A DNA stretch of 56,744 nt from Candidatus Saccharimonadaceae bacterium (lineage in GTDB: Bacteria > Patescibacteriota > Saccharimonadia > Saccharimonadales > Saccharimonadaceae), in NCBI GenBank assembly GCA_039812985.1, contig JBDHUL010000001.1:1-56744 (forward strand), written 5' to 3'. Position numbers and translations under genes: made by a program. This document shows positions 1-8,572 of the stretch, piece after piece. The notes beneath the pieces are model-generated. The model was not told where the DNA came from. It saw only the letters and a program-made list of their open reading frames with translations, and did not search any database. Each line of letters opens with the position of its first letter. Position 1 is the first letter of the stretch.

Positions 1-96
1 GTATGCAGTTAGGGCGACCGCCTTTTGCGTATTTTTGGTTTTCAGAAAGAGATTAAAACTGTCCATTTCAAACACAGTAAACACGACGTCATACGT

Positions 97-429
97 CTAC
101 TTCCCGCTGTCCAACAGGCCATTTAGTTTTTTGCGCTGTTGATTTTTATATGAATGCTCATCTCTGATGAATTCATCGGCGAAGGCATCAATATCTTTGC
201 CTATCACCTCTATGACCGTTTTTCCGCTTGTCGCCGCTGCTTCAAATAAATCTACGAGCGATATAAATGGCTGAATAGCTATAAGGCCAGATGTATTCCA
301 TACATATTTTTGTATAGCTTTGTATGCCGTGTAATATTCGCCCGGCAGAGCCTTGGCGCGTTTTTCATTTGCCTTGTAGGCTTTCTTCTCATCTAAGCCA
401 CCAATGATCGCGTTTACCAACTTGTTCAT
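97..429 (-). CDS. DUF1048-family helical protein (PadR-associated)
   Basis: 110-aa ORF with the pattern KKAYKA..RAKALP.EY..Y..IQKY.W...LVDLFE...GK.V.EV.G.D..F.DEFIRDE typical of DUF1048. Its start abuts the stop of the upstream PadR gene (429/430), the usual PadR-DUF1048 pairing. Confidence 0.8.
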   Translation of the reverse strand: MNKLVNAIIGGLDEKKAYKANEKRAKALPGEYYTAYKAIQKYVWNTSGLIAIQPFISLVDLFEAAATSGKTVIEVIGKDIDAFADEFIRDEHSYKNQQRKKLNGLLDSGK

Positions 430-759
430 TCAAAGACTCCTTAGCTTACTCATTCTTAATGCTACAAAATCCCATTTTTCCCAAAATGCCGCTAATTCTT
501 TTTGACCCTCTACGTTCAGACGATACAATTTTCGTGGTGGACCCATTTCTGACAGCCTTTTCTCTATCTCGACCAAGTTATTTTTTTCGAGCCGCACCAA
601 TATTGTATAGACTGTGCCCTCGACTACATCTGTAAAGCCAAGCCTGTGGAGCTGCTGGGTTATGTCGTATCCGTAGGCGTCGCCTCGATCTATAATCTCG
701 AGAACACAACCCTCTAACACGCCCTTGAGCATTTCAGTTAGATTTTCCAGTTTAGTCAT
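430..759 (-). CDS. PadR-family transcriptional regulator
   Basis: 109 aa. Winged-helix PadR signature: LKGVLEGCVLEII....YGYDI.Q.L...GF.....GTVYTILVRLEKNNLVE. Confidence 0.9.
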   Translation of the reverse strand: MTKLENLTEMLKGVLEGCVLEIIDRGDAYGYDITQQLHRLGFTDVVEGTVYTILVRLEKNNLVEIEKRLSEMGPPRKLYRLNVEGQKELAAFWEKWDFVALRMSKLRSL

Positions 760-800
760 CCTCTCGTTTTTATATTAGTATAAAGCATTACTCACTACCG

Positions 801-821
801 CTACATCGTAACGCTATGTAG
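801..821. promoter_or_regulatory. Inverted repeat CTACAT-N9-ATGTAG upstream of padR (candidate autoregulatory operator)
   Basis: Perfect 6-bp arms seen directly, 42 nt upstream of the padR start and next to TTGACA (minus strand, about 826-831). The half-sites resemble the ATGT/ACAT half-sites of PadR operators but in the opposite arrangement. Confidence 0.3.
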
Positions 822-1059
822 TATAGCTGTCAATATATTTCCATGGAACATGGCGAGCGTATACGCACGGAACAAGGCGGCTTTGCCACCTAGAGTGCTC
901 CATTCCTGACTCTTGCGGTACGTAGACTACCAAGCTACCAGGGAAAAAGGGCTCTCGTCGGCTCAAACTGCCCATGGCGGGAAAATTTTTCGACTTGTGA
1001 GCGGTCTAGCCACATGCAAGGAGTTACAAGCCGGAAGTATAGGCGTGAGAAACCACCGC

Positions 1060-2871
1060 TTAAGGTGTTTTCATCACCGTCCGGGTCTGTACGGCCCACC
1101 GCTGTATATCGCGGTAACGCGCCGTGGCATCGGCTATCGTCAGAGCATCGTCAAACGAGTGTGAGGTATCGGTTGCAATATAGCTAACATAGGGCTGGTA
1201 TAGCGCTATGGCCGGAACATCCTTAACCCACTGATCGACAAACGCCCGGTACTTCGCGTTGCGCAGCTGCGGCTCAAGCCGGGCCTTGGCACTCGATAAT
1301 ATATCGTCTATCAACCCCGAACGATAATTCGCAAAGTTGCGTCCGCGGGGCGAAGCCTGAGACGAATGCCAGTACGCATAGACGTCAGCATCAGCCCCAA
1401 AAGCATATTCATTAAGTAAAATATCGTAGTTACGCGGCTGCAAATAGCTCGATGCCATCTCGTTTACTTTTGCTTGAACGGTTTTAACATCGATACCGAT
1501 CTTCCTCCACTGCTCCGCAAGTGTTTTCAACATAACTTCAAAATCATGACCCTCAGGGGCAACGATCGTCACCGTCAAGTTCGTACCCAATTTCGCACGC
1601 AGACCATTTGTACCCCGCACCCAACCGGCTGCATCAAAAGCCGCAGCTGCTTTTGCTTCGTCGTATGACTCCTGACGAACAGTACTACCGCCCACCATAG
1701 ATGACGGCAACGGTCCATCCAGCAAAACGCCCCTATTGTGCAGCCGACTCAAAAGCTGTTGACGATTTGTTGCCATGACAAATGCGCGCCGCACGGCAAC
1801 ATCCTTAAAGAGTGGTACGTCGTTGTTGAGCAAGGCAAACATGCCATCGTTGAGAAGGGTATCCGGCACCCTATTTTGTCGACGGTCTGCTGCGATAGCA
1901 TGTATCTGTTCAGCATCGAGCCCTAACGCAGCTGTTACTTCTCCGGTTACGTACGCCTTTTTGAGTGATTCAGTTGTTTCATATGTGTGCAACTGAAAAC
2001 GGTTCAATAAGGGCTTACCTAAGAAGTATCGGTCATTCGCCTCCATATGAACCACAAGGCGACTCGAGCTCGGATCGATAATCTGAACTCGGCGAAACAT
2101 GAACGGGCCAGTCCCAACTGGCTTTCGTCCAAACTCATTTTCACGTAGGTCAGATGGTTCGATATTTTTGAGAATATGCTCCGGAAGTATGCCAAATGTC
2201 AAAGAGTGCGCGAACGGAGCATAGACGCTCGGTAGCACAAATCGTACCGCATAATCACCGGTTTTTTCGGCTTTGACACCCGCCCAGTTACCATACTGAA
2301 CCGCTCTTACCGCACTGTCCTTCATGAGATTAACTGTAAAGACAACGTCATTGGCCGTAAACTTTTGGCCATCATGCCATACGATATCCTTGCGAAGTAC
2401 GACATCATACGTTTTACCATCACCGCTCACACGCCACGAATCAGCCGCCTCGGCACGTAGAGCATTGTCTCTATCGTATCCAAGAAGACTCGAAAACATC
2501 AGTTTCGAGGCTGAGACCTCGGCCGGCGTAGAGGCAAAAAGTGGGTTCATAGTTTCGAGTCGTCCAACAAATCCTTCGGCATATGTCCCACCGCTATCGG
2601 CGACAACTGTGGTATAACTATGAGAAAACCATAATATTTGAGCAAACGCCATACATATCAACATACCGACGAGTACCAACCACCCTGCTGCGTGGCGGCT
2701 AACGTCACGAATATTCGTCCATCGGCCAATCAAAAAACGATGCGCATGTTTGAGCGTCGCAAGCTCTATCTTTCGCGCTCGTCGCCTGATAGTCGTTTTA
2801 TTAACTCGAAATTGCGTTAGGCGCCTCCAACGCGGAGCGGTCGGTTCATCATGTTCATCCACCACCTTCAC
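1060..2871 (-). CDS. ABC transporter substrate-binding protein, family 5 (peptide/nickel type), with N-terminal membrane anchor
   Basis: 603 aa. One N-terminal TM helix (WLVLVGMLICMAFAQILWF) followed by SBP_bac_5-like sequence (VWHDG..FTA.DV.FT......Y; ANDRYFLGKP). No permease or ATPase gene is adjacent. Confidence 0.75.
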   Translation of the reverse strand: MKVVDEHDEPTAPRWRRLTQFRVNKTTIRRRARKIELATLKHAHRFLIGRWTNIRDVSRHAAGWLVLVGMLICMAFAQILWFSHSYTTVVADSGGTYAEGFVGRLETMNPLFASTPAEVSASKLMFSSLLGYDRDNALRAEAADSWRVSGDGKTYDVVLRKDIVWHDGQKFTANDVVFTVNLMKDSAVRAVQYGNWAGVKAEKTGDYAVRFVLPSVYAPFAHSLTFGILPEHILKNIEPSDLRENEFGRKPVGTGPFMFRRVQIIDPSSSRLVVHMEANDRYFLGKPLLNRFQLHTYETTESLKKAYVTGEVTAALGLDAEQIHAIAADRRQNRVPDTLLNDGMFALLNNDVPLFKDVAVRRAFVMATNRQQLLSRLHNRGVLLDGPLPSSMVGGSTVRQESYDEAKAAAAFDAAGWVRGTNGLRAKLGTNLTVTIVAPEGHDFEVMLKTLAEQWRKIGIDVKTVQAKVNEMASSYLQPRNYDILLNEYAFGADADVYAYWHSSQASPRGRNFANYRSGLIDDILSSAKARLEPQLRNAKYRAFVDQWVKDVPAIALYQPYVSYIATDTSHSFDDALTIADATARYRDIQRWAVQTRTVMKTP

Positions 2872-2887
2872 GTCGCGTGCACCCGAC

Positions 2888-3112
2888 CTATGCCAAGATA
2901 AGATTTACAAGCATCGAACCCACAAAAATAATCGTCATAATAATTGTCGCCTCATGTAGGCTCTTGTCGATGCCGCGGCGTGTCGTGAACAGCTCTCCCG
3001 AGCTACCAAACCCAGCGCCCAAACTTGCCCCTCGTGCCTGCAACAGTACAAGTAATATGATAAGTCCCGACGAAACGAGGGTGGCAATCTGTAGCAAAAA
3101 CGATAGTTTCAT
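2888..3112 (-). CDS. secG: Preprotein translocase subunit SecG
   Basis: 74 aa, two TM helices, and the central motif LLQ.RGASLGAGFGSS characteristic of SecG. Confidence 0.8.
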   Translation of the reverse strand: MKLSFLLQIATLVSSGLIILLVLLQARGASLGAGFGSSGELFTTRRGIDKSLHEATIIMTIIFVGSMLVNLILA

Positions 3113-3498
3113 AGTTCTTTCATCTCCTTACGCGTACCTTTGTAGTCCATTATACCAGTTATGACGTAGTTGATAAGACTGATTATCATACCGGTCAACA
3201 CCGCCCCCCAAAATGTCACTTCGAGTCCAGGTACAAGCTTGAGCGCAAGGTAAACCATGAGACCATTGACGATGAGCATAAAAAGCCCGAGTGTCAGCAG
3301 TATGGCCGGGAGTGACAGCACAACCACGACTGGCTTGAGGATAGTGTTAACAATAGACAGTATCAGACCGGCCGCCAAGAAGGTGCCGGTCGTTGCACCA
3401 GTATCCTGAAAACTTGACCCGAGCAACCTCGATGCAACCCATAGCCCGATGCTCATCAGCACCCATCTCACAAGAAAAACAACAAATTGTGCACCCAT
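3109..3498 (-). CDS. Phage-holin-family-4 / DUF360 membrane protein
   Basis: 129 aa, four predicted TM helices, motif N.ILKPV...LSLP...LTLGLF.LIVNGLM typical of DUF360 (YvlD-like). Overlaps secG by 4 nt. Confidence 0.7.
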   Translation of the reverse strand: MGAQFVVFLVRWVLMSIGLWVASRLLGSSFQDTGATTGTFLAAGLILSIVNTILKPVVVVLSLPAILLTLGLFMLIVNGLMVYLALKLVPGLEVTFWGAVLTGMIISLINYVITGIMDYKGTRKEMKEL

Positions 3499-3500
3499 AG

Positions 3501-5138
3501 TTATGTCTCTAGTATAGCAGAGTTGCCGTGTAAAAACGTATGCAGTTTTTTACCATTTTTTATTCCGACAATTGCCTGTAGTTCACCTTCGGTTGCACGT
3601 TCGACGCCACGCGCACTCCCAAATGCACGTATAAGTTTTTTACGTGTCACCATCCCAACCCCAGGTACATCGTCCAAGATACTCTTCGTTTGAGCGGTGC
3701 GTTTCAATACTGTATGGTAGCTTACGGCAAACCGATGGCTTTCGTCGCGTATACGCTGTACCAGTTTCATCAGGTCGTCGTAGGGGCTCAACCTCGTACC
3801 CCCACGCAGGTTTTTCGAATGTGGCCCAGCGTTATACTGCCCAACATGTAGATTCACGGCAAAATACTCGCCTTCATCGCGCACATTCACGCCAACCACT
3901 GGTCGAGCAATAAGTGTTTTGAGATATGCCACATCTACTCCTGAGTCAAATTTATGAACATAGACTTCTTCTTCGCGTTTCGCGAGCCCTATCATCGGTA
4001 TATTTTCTATACTGGCCTGTTCGCCGCGGATGGTTTTAAACATCATGTCGCCATGGGCTTGAGCACTTTCCTGCCGCGCTCGTAGCGCAGCACCAAGCTG
4101 TGGCTTGCCGCCATCGATGAGTATGAGCGAGGGCGCCCCCCATGCTTTCATTTCTTTTGGACTCAGACGACGAGCAATCACTTCATGTATATTGCCCGCA
4201 TCATCGTTGATTTGCCGTGATAGCTTGAACTTTCGGTACTGAGTCTTGTCACTGACACCATTTGTAAACACTACCATACTCGCAACAACATTCGTGCCCG
4301 ACATATGCGACACATCATACCCTTCGATTCGAGCCGGCGCGTGGTCAAGCATAAGCAGCTCGGCTAAATCTGTCAGAGCCCTGTCCTTCGATATATCCAA
4401 AAACTCCTTGTCAGAAAATACAACTTGCTGACCAAGCGCCCTAAGCGAGCGAACTTGATTGCGCAGGTGCGCAGCATCTTCGTAGCGCCGAGCTTTCGCC
4501 GCGGCGGCCATTTCTTTTTCGAGCTCCCGCATAATACCGCCTTTTTTCCCTTCTATCACTGCCATCAGGCGACGCAGGTTTTTTCGGTAGTCTTCGAGGC
4601 TCGTTTTACCACTCTCAAGTCCTGGATCAAGTCCGAGGTGATAATGCAACGATGCACGCTTCTGTCCGCCTACCCGCCGGGTTGCATACGGAAAAATCCG
4701 CCGTAAAAGTTTTAACGCTTCCTTGACGCTATAAAGGGAGAAATATGGCCCAAAATAACGCGCGCCATCATCAAGCGGCCGACGAGTTGTTCCAACCGTC
4801 GGGTAGGCGTCGTCATAATCTATCCGTATATAACTGAGCGCCTTGTCGTCACGAAGTAGTATGTTATAACGCGGCATGTACCGCCGCACCATCTCGGCTT
4901 CTAAAAACAATGCTTCAAGTTCACTCTCAACTACCATCCAGTCAGTATCTACGATCTCGGCGACAAGTGCATCTGTTTTTGCATCGCGTAAGCGTGACTT
5001 CTGAAAATACTGTCTCACACGGTTTTTTAGCACAGCCGCCTTACCAACGTATATCACCTCGCCCATAGAGTTCTTATGAAAATACACACCTGGGTCATTC
5101 GGCAATTGCTGTAGCTTTTTTTTCAGCAGTTCATTCAC
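3501..5138 (-). CDS. uvrC: Excinuclease ABC subunit C (compact, 545 aa)
   Basis: N-terminal GIY-YIG (GVYFHKN..GEVIYVGKA..L+NRV.QY), a UVR domain, an Endo-V-like domain and a C-terminal HhH region. Confidence 0.95.
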   Translation of the reverse strand: MNELLKKKLQQLPNDPGVYFHKNSMGEVIYVGKAAVLKNRVRQYFQKSRLRDAKTDALVAEIVDTDWMVVESELEALFLEAEMVRRYMPRYNILLRDDKALSYIRIDYDDAYPTVGTTRRPLDDGARYFGPYFSLYSVKEALKLLRRIFPYATRRVGGQKRASLHYHLGLDPGLESGKTSLEDYRKNLRRLMAVIEGKKGGIMRELEKEMAAAAKARRYEDAAHLRNQVRSLRALGQQVVFSDKEFLDISKDRALTDLAELLMLDHAPARIEGYDVSHMSGTNVVASMVVFTNGVSDKTQYRKFKLSRQINDDAGNIHEVIARRLSPKEMKAWGAPSLILIDGGKPQLGAALRARQESAQAHGDMMFKTIRGEQASIENIPMIGLAKREEEVYVHKFDSGVDVAYLKTLIARPVVGVNVRDEGEYFAVNLHVGQYNAGPHSKNLRGGTRLSPYDDLMKLVQRIRDESHRFAVSYHTVLKRTAQTKSILDDVPGVGMVTRKKLIRAFGSARGVERATEGELQAIVGIKNGKKLHTFLHGNSAILET

Positions 5139-5146
5139 GTTATTAA

Positions 5147-5479
5147 TTATACGTGTTTTTTCAACATGTCTTCCAGTGCAGCTTGCGGTACCATACCGAT
5201 GATCGTATCGACAACACGTCCGCCTTTGAACACAACCATATTTGGTATACTTCTCACCTCATGTTCTTGCGCCAGTTCGGCGTTATCTCGCGATGCTTCA
5301 GTGTCAACTTTGACAACATCCACAGTGTCATCCATATCGCTTGCAAGAGCATGAAGTACCGGCGCCATGGCCCGGCATGGGGGGCACCACTGCGCCCAGA
5401 AATCTACCAGCACAACCTTCTGGCTTTGACGTACCTTGTGATCAAACTCTGCCTTGGTGGTCGTATTAAACAGTGCCAT
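5147..5479 (-). CDS. trxA: Thioredoxin (WCPPC active site)
   Basis: 110 aa; VLVDFWAQWCPPCRAMAP...VVKVD.....LA....V.SIP....FKGG thioredoxin fold. Confidence 0.9.
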   Translation of the reverse strand: MALFNTTTKAEFDHKVRQSQKVVLVDFWAQWCPPCRAMAPVLHALASDMDDTVDVVKVDTEASRDNAELAQEHEVRSIPNMVVFKGGRVVDTIIGMVPQAALEDMLKKHV

Positions 5480-5480
5480 A

Positions 5481-5714
5481 TTATAAATACCTCCGTATGC
5501 TCGTTAATAATTTCTTGGTTTCTTTATGAGCATGACGAGACTCAAGGCATTTTTCAAATGATTCATCGATCATTGTGCGTTTCAGTGACGTCATTGCACC
5601 CTGTACGGCATTGACTTGTTGGAGCATTTTTTCGCACGGTATCCGGCCGTCATTCAGCAAGCGTTCGAGCGCTTCAAGCTGTCCAATGATTTTGTGAATA
5701 CGCGCGCTGTACAT
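5481..5714 (-). CDS. CsoR/RcnR-family metal- or redox-sensing transcriptional repressor (DUF156), Cys-x-Cys type
   Basis: The ORF-track entry 5481..5804 is trimmed to the internal ATG at 5714. The upstream 30 codons are hydrophobic junk that covers the promoter. The 77-aa product aligns with CsoR (I.GQ...L.R.L......C...L.Q..AV..A......L.......C). Its stop is 1 nt from the trxA start. Confidence 0.8.
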   Translation of the reverse strand: MYSARIHKIIGQLEALERLLNDGRIPCEKMLQQVNAVQGAMTSLKRTMIDESFEKCLESRHAHKETKKLLTSIRRYL

Positions 5715-5725
5715 ATCCACACTAG

Positions 5726-5739
5726 TATACTGGAGTATA
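5726..5739. promoter_or_regulatory. Perfect 14-bp palindrome TATACTGGAGTATA (candidate CsoR-family operator) overlapping the -10 region
   Basis: Seen directly, 11 nt upstream of the ATG at 5714. It has the ATAC-(G/C tract)-GTAT shape of CsoR/RcnR-family operators. On the minus strand a TATACT -10 candidate overlaps it and TTGTAC lies upstream. Confidence 0.5.
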
Positions 5740-5876
5740 GTATAAAAGTACAGAAAGAGTACAACATAAACCTGGAAAAAATGGCTCAAGAGGCAGGTGT
5801 ACAAATCGACATATCAGGCCTTAGTTGCAGAGCCGGAGCCTTTGACAGGGCCCCGTTCACCGCGCTAAACTAAGAC

Positions 5877-7010
5877 ATGGAAAAAATTATCTCTCAAGCA
5901 CTTACGTTTGATGACGTACTCATCAGGCCCGGATACTCTGGCTTTGAACGGAGTAGCATCTCGCAAAACACTTTTATCACTAAAAATATTTCCCTCACCT
6001 GTCCTATCGTTTCTGCCCCCATGGATACGGTGACTGAGGCCCCGCTGGCTACTGCGCTAGGACGACTCGGTGGGCTCGGGTTCATTCACCGTAATCTCAC
6101 CATCCCCGACCAGGCAGCCGAAGTTGCAAGAGTTAAAGCGGCAGGCTACAAAGTTGGCGCTGCTGTCGGCTCCAGCAACGGATACGAAGAGCGTGTGAAG
6201 GCTCTTGTTGAAGCCGGGGTCGATATCATCCTTGTAGACTCAGCCCACGGCTATGCCAAGAAAGTCATCGACGCCGTGACGTACATAAAACAGCATTTTG
6301 ATATCGACGTTATAGCTGGTAGCATTGCCACCGCCGATGGGGCGCAGGCCCTAATCGACGCGGGTGTCGATGGCCTGCGTGTTGGTATGGGCCCGGGCGC
6401 AATTTGCTCAACTCGTATTGTCAGCGGCATGGGTGTCCCTCAGATGACCGCCGTCTTTAACACAGCATCTGTCGCCCGCCGTCATAACGTACCAATTATT
6501 GCCGACGGTGGTATTTCATATTCGGGTGATGTCGTCAAGGCTCTTGCCGGTGGAGCCAGCACGGTTATGTTTGGACGTTTATTCGCTGCGACCGAAGAAT
6601 CTCCCGGTGCAACACACAAGCTTCCGGCCGATCAAGTGCCATCACGATTTCACAGTATCCTCAACGGATCAACGTCCTACGCGTTCAAGGAGTACCGCGG
6701 CATGGGTAGCGTTGGTGCTATGGAACGCGGCAAAGCTATTAGCTCGGAGGACGAGTTCCACGGCAAAAACTTTACTGGAGACGTGCTCATCGCCGAGGGT
6801 GTCGAGGGACTCGTACCCTGTAGCGGGACGGTCAAGCAACTGGTTGAGCAGATTGTTGGAGGCGTGACAAGCGGGATGTACTATATCGGAGCAGCCACCA
6901 TAGCCGAGCTATGGGAAAAAGCTGAGTTTATGCGCATTACCCAAGCATCACTGACAGAAAGTCATCCGCACGACCTCTTTATCACGAACCCTGGAGACAA
7001 CTACAAATGA
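5877..7010 (+). CDS. guaB: IMP dehydrogenase, short form without the CBS/Bateman domain
   Basis: 377 aa. LTFDDVL..P start, catalytic loop [21 protein letters not shown]. The segment between ..AAEVARVK and VGAAVG, where the CBS pair normally sits, is only a few residues. Overlaps guaA (ATGA). Confidence 0.85.
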   Translation: MEKIISQALTFDDVLIRPGYSGFERSSISQNTFITKNISLTCPIVSAPMDTVTEAPLATALGRLGGLGFIHRNLTIPDQAAEVARVKAAGYKVGAAVGSSNGYEERVKALVEAGVDIILVDSAHGYAKKVIDAVTYIKQHFDIDVIAGSIATADGAQALIDAGVDGLRVGMGPGAICSTRIVSGMGVPQMTAVFNTASVARRHNVPIIADGGISYSGDVVKALAGGASTVMFGRLFAATEESPGATHKLPADQVPSRFHSILNGSTSYAFKEYRGMGSVGAMERGKAISSEDEFHGKNFTGDVLIAEGVEGLVPCSGTVKQLVEQIVGGVTSGMYYIGAATIAELWEKAEFMRITQASLTESHPHDLFITNPGDNYK

Positions 7011-8542
7011 GCCACCCTGAAAGTATCGTCATCGTTGACTACGGATCACAATACACCCAGCTCATCGCCCGTCGCGCCCGTGAACTGGGTGTCTACAGCG
7101 TTATCGTACCGTTTGGCGCGAGCACTGAGGACGTGACAAACAAAAACCCAAAAGCTATCATCCTCTCTGGCGGACCGAATTCAGTTTATGACCCGGACGC
7201 ACCACAACTCAACGAGGCATTGCTCACGCTTGGCATCCCTGTGCTCGGCATCTGTTACGGACTACAACTCCTGACACTACACCTCGGAGGCAAGGTTGAA
7301 GCAGCCAGTACCCGAGAGTATGGCAAGGCAAATCTCACGCTACTCTCAAAAAGCAGTATACTCCCCCCAGTATGCGACCACTCGGCCGTCTGGATGAGCC
7401 ACGGTGATCATGTAGTATCAGTTCCAACTGGATTTGAGGTGACTGCAAAAAGTGATGACGGGATTATCTGCGGCATAGAAAATAGCGATCGGCGTGTATA
7501 CGGGCTACAGTTTCATCCCGAAGTTGCTCATAGCGAGCACGGCCGAACCATACTGGAACACTTTATCGATCTTGCCCATTTCAAGCGCGACTGGCAGGCT
7601 GCCGCCATCATCGAACAGAGCATCGCCGATGTTACAGCAAAAGTTGGTACGAAAAAAGTTATCTGCGCCTTATCTGGTGGGGTCGATAGTTCAGTGGCAG
7701 CAACACTCGTCAACCGGGCCATTGGCAATCAACAAACCTGTATATTTGTTGACACTGGTCTCCTTCGTCATGGCGAATACGAAGAGGTGCTTGAAGCCTA
7801 CAAGCATATCGGTCTCAATGTCGTGCCCGTACAGGCAGCTGAACGTTTTCTGGATAGACTTGCCGGCATTGAAGACCCCGAACAAAAACGCAAAATCATT
7901 GGTGCGGAATTTATTGCTGTGTTTGAAGAAGAGGCAGAAAAAACCGGCGGCGCAGATTTTCTGGTGCAAGGAACCTTATACCCCGATGTTATTGAGTCGG
8001 TATCGGTCAACGGCCCAAGTATAACTATAAAGTCACACCACAATGTTGGCGGTCTACCTGAACATATGAACATGCAACTCATCGAGCCACTCCGCGAATT
8101 ATTTAAAGACGAAGTGCGTGTCATTGGAAAATCCCTAGGATTACCAAATAGCATCGTACAGCGTCAACCATTTCCCGGTCCTGGTCTGGCCATACGTATA
8201 CTGGGGGCAGTATCGGCCGAACAGGTGGAGCTACTCCAAAAGGCCGATGCGATTGTACGAAGCGAAATTGAAGAATATCCCATACGGCCGGAAGTATGGC
8301 AGTTCTTTGCCGTCCTCCTCCCTATCAAAGCTGTTGGCGTCATGGGAGACGGGAGAACATACGAACAGGTTGCCGCTGTTCGTGCCGTGTCAAGCAGCGA
8401 TGGGATGACAGCCGACTGGGCTCGATTACCGCACGATCTCCTGGCACGCATCTCGAGCCGTATCGTCAGTGAGGTTCGTGGTATTAACCGAGTTGTCTAC
8501 GACATCACGAGCAAGCCGCCCGGCACAATTGAATGGGAATAA
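7007..8542 (+). CDS. guaA: GMP synthase (glutamine-hydrolysing)
   Basis: 511 aa. GATase domain (GICYG.Q; HPEV), ATP-PPase P-loop SGGVDSSV, C-terminal dimerisation domain ending ..PPGTIEWE. Confidence 0.97.
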   Translation: MSHPESIVIVDYGSQYTQLIARRARELGVYSVIVPFGASTEDVTNKNPKAIILSGGPNSVYDPDAPQLNEALLTLGIPVLGICYGLQLLTLHLGGKVEAASTREYGKANLTLLSKSSILPPVCDHSAVWMSHGDHVVSVPTGFEVTAKSDDGIICGIENSDRRVYGLQFHPEVAHSEHGRTILEHFIDLAHFKRDWQAAAIIEQSIADVTAKVGTKKVICALSGGVDSSVAATLVNRAIGNQQTCIFVDTGLLRHGEYEEVLEAYKHIGLNVVPVQAAERFLDRLAGIEDPEQKRKIIGAEFIAVFEEEAEKTGGADFLVQGTLYPDVIESVSVNGPSITIKSHHNVGGLPEHMNMQLIEPLRELFKDEVRVIGKSLGLPNSIVQRQPFPGPGLAIRILGAVSAEQVELLQKADAIVRSEIEEYPIRPEVWQFFAVLLPIKAVGVMGDGRTYEQVAAVRAVSSSDGMTADWARLPHDLLARISSRIVSEVRGINRVVYDITSKPPGTIEWE

Positions 8543-8572
8543 CGTATCTATTCTTTCAACCTACGCCCGTGT

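Noticed and set aside
840-1059. tRNA, RNase P, tmRNA or SRP RNA in the padR-SBP intergenic region
   Set aside because: I checked both strands by eye for T-loop, GAGGAAAGUCC/ACAGAA.CGGCUUA, tmRNA termini and the 4.5S domain IV. Only fragmentary matches turned up (CCGGAAG, CCGGCUUG).
5153-5614. 153-aa plus-strand ORF, with similar antisense ORFs at 11183..11641, 18706..19143, 34795..35343 and 28646..29248
   Set aside because: All lie antisense to strongly supported genes (trxA/csoR-like, DUF4332, rplY, the 627-aa protein, mltG) and have low-complexity or junk composition.
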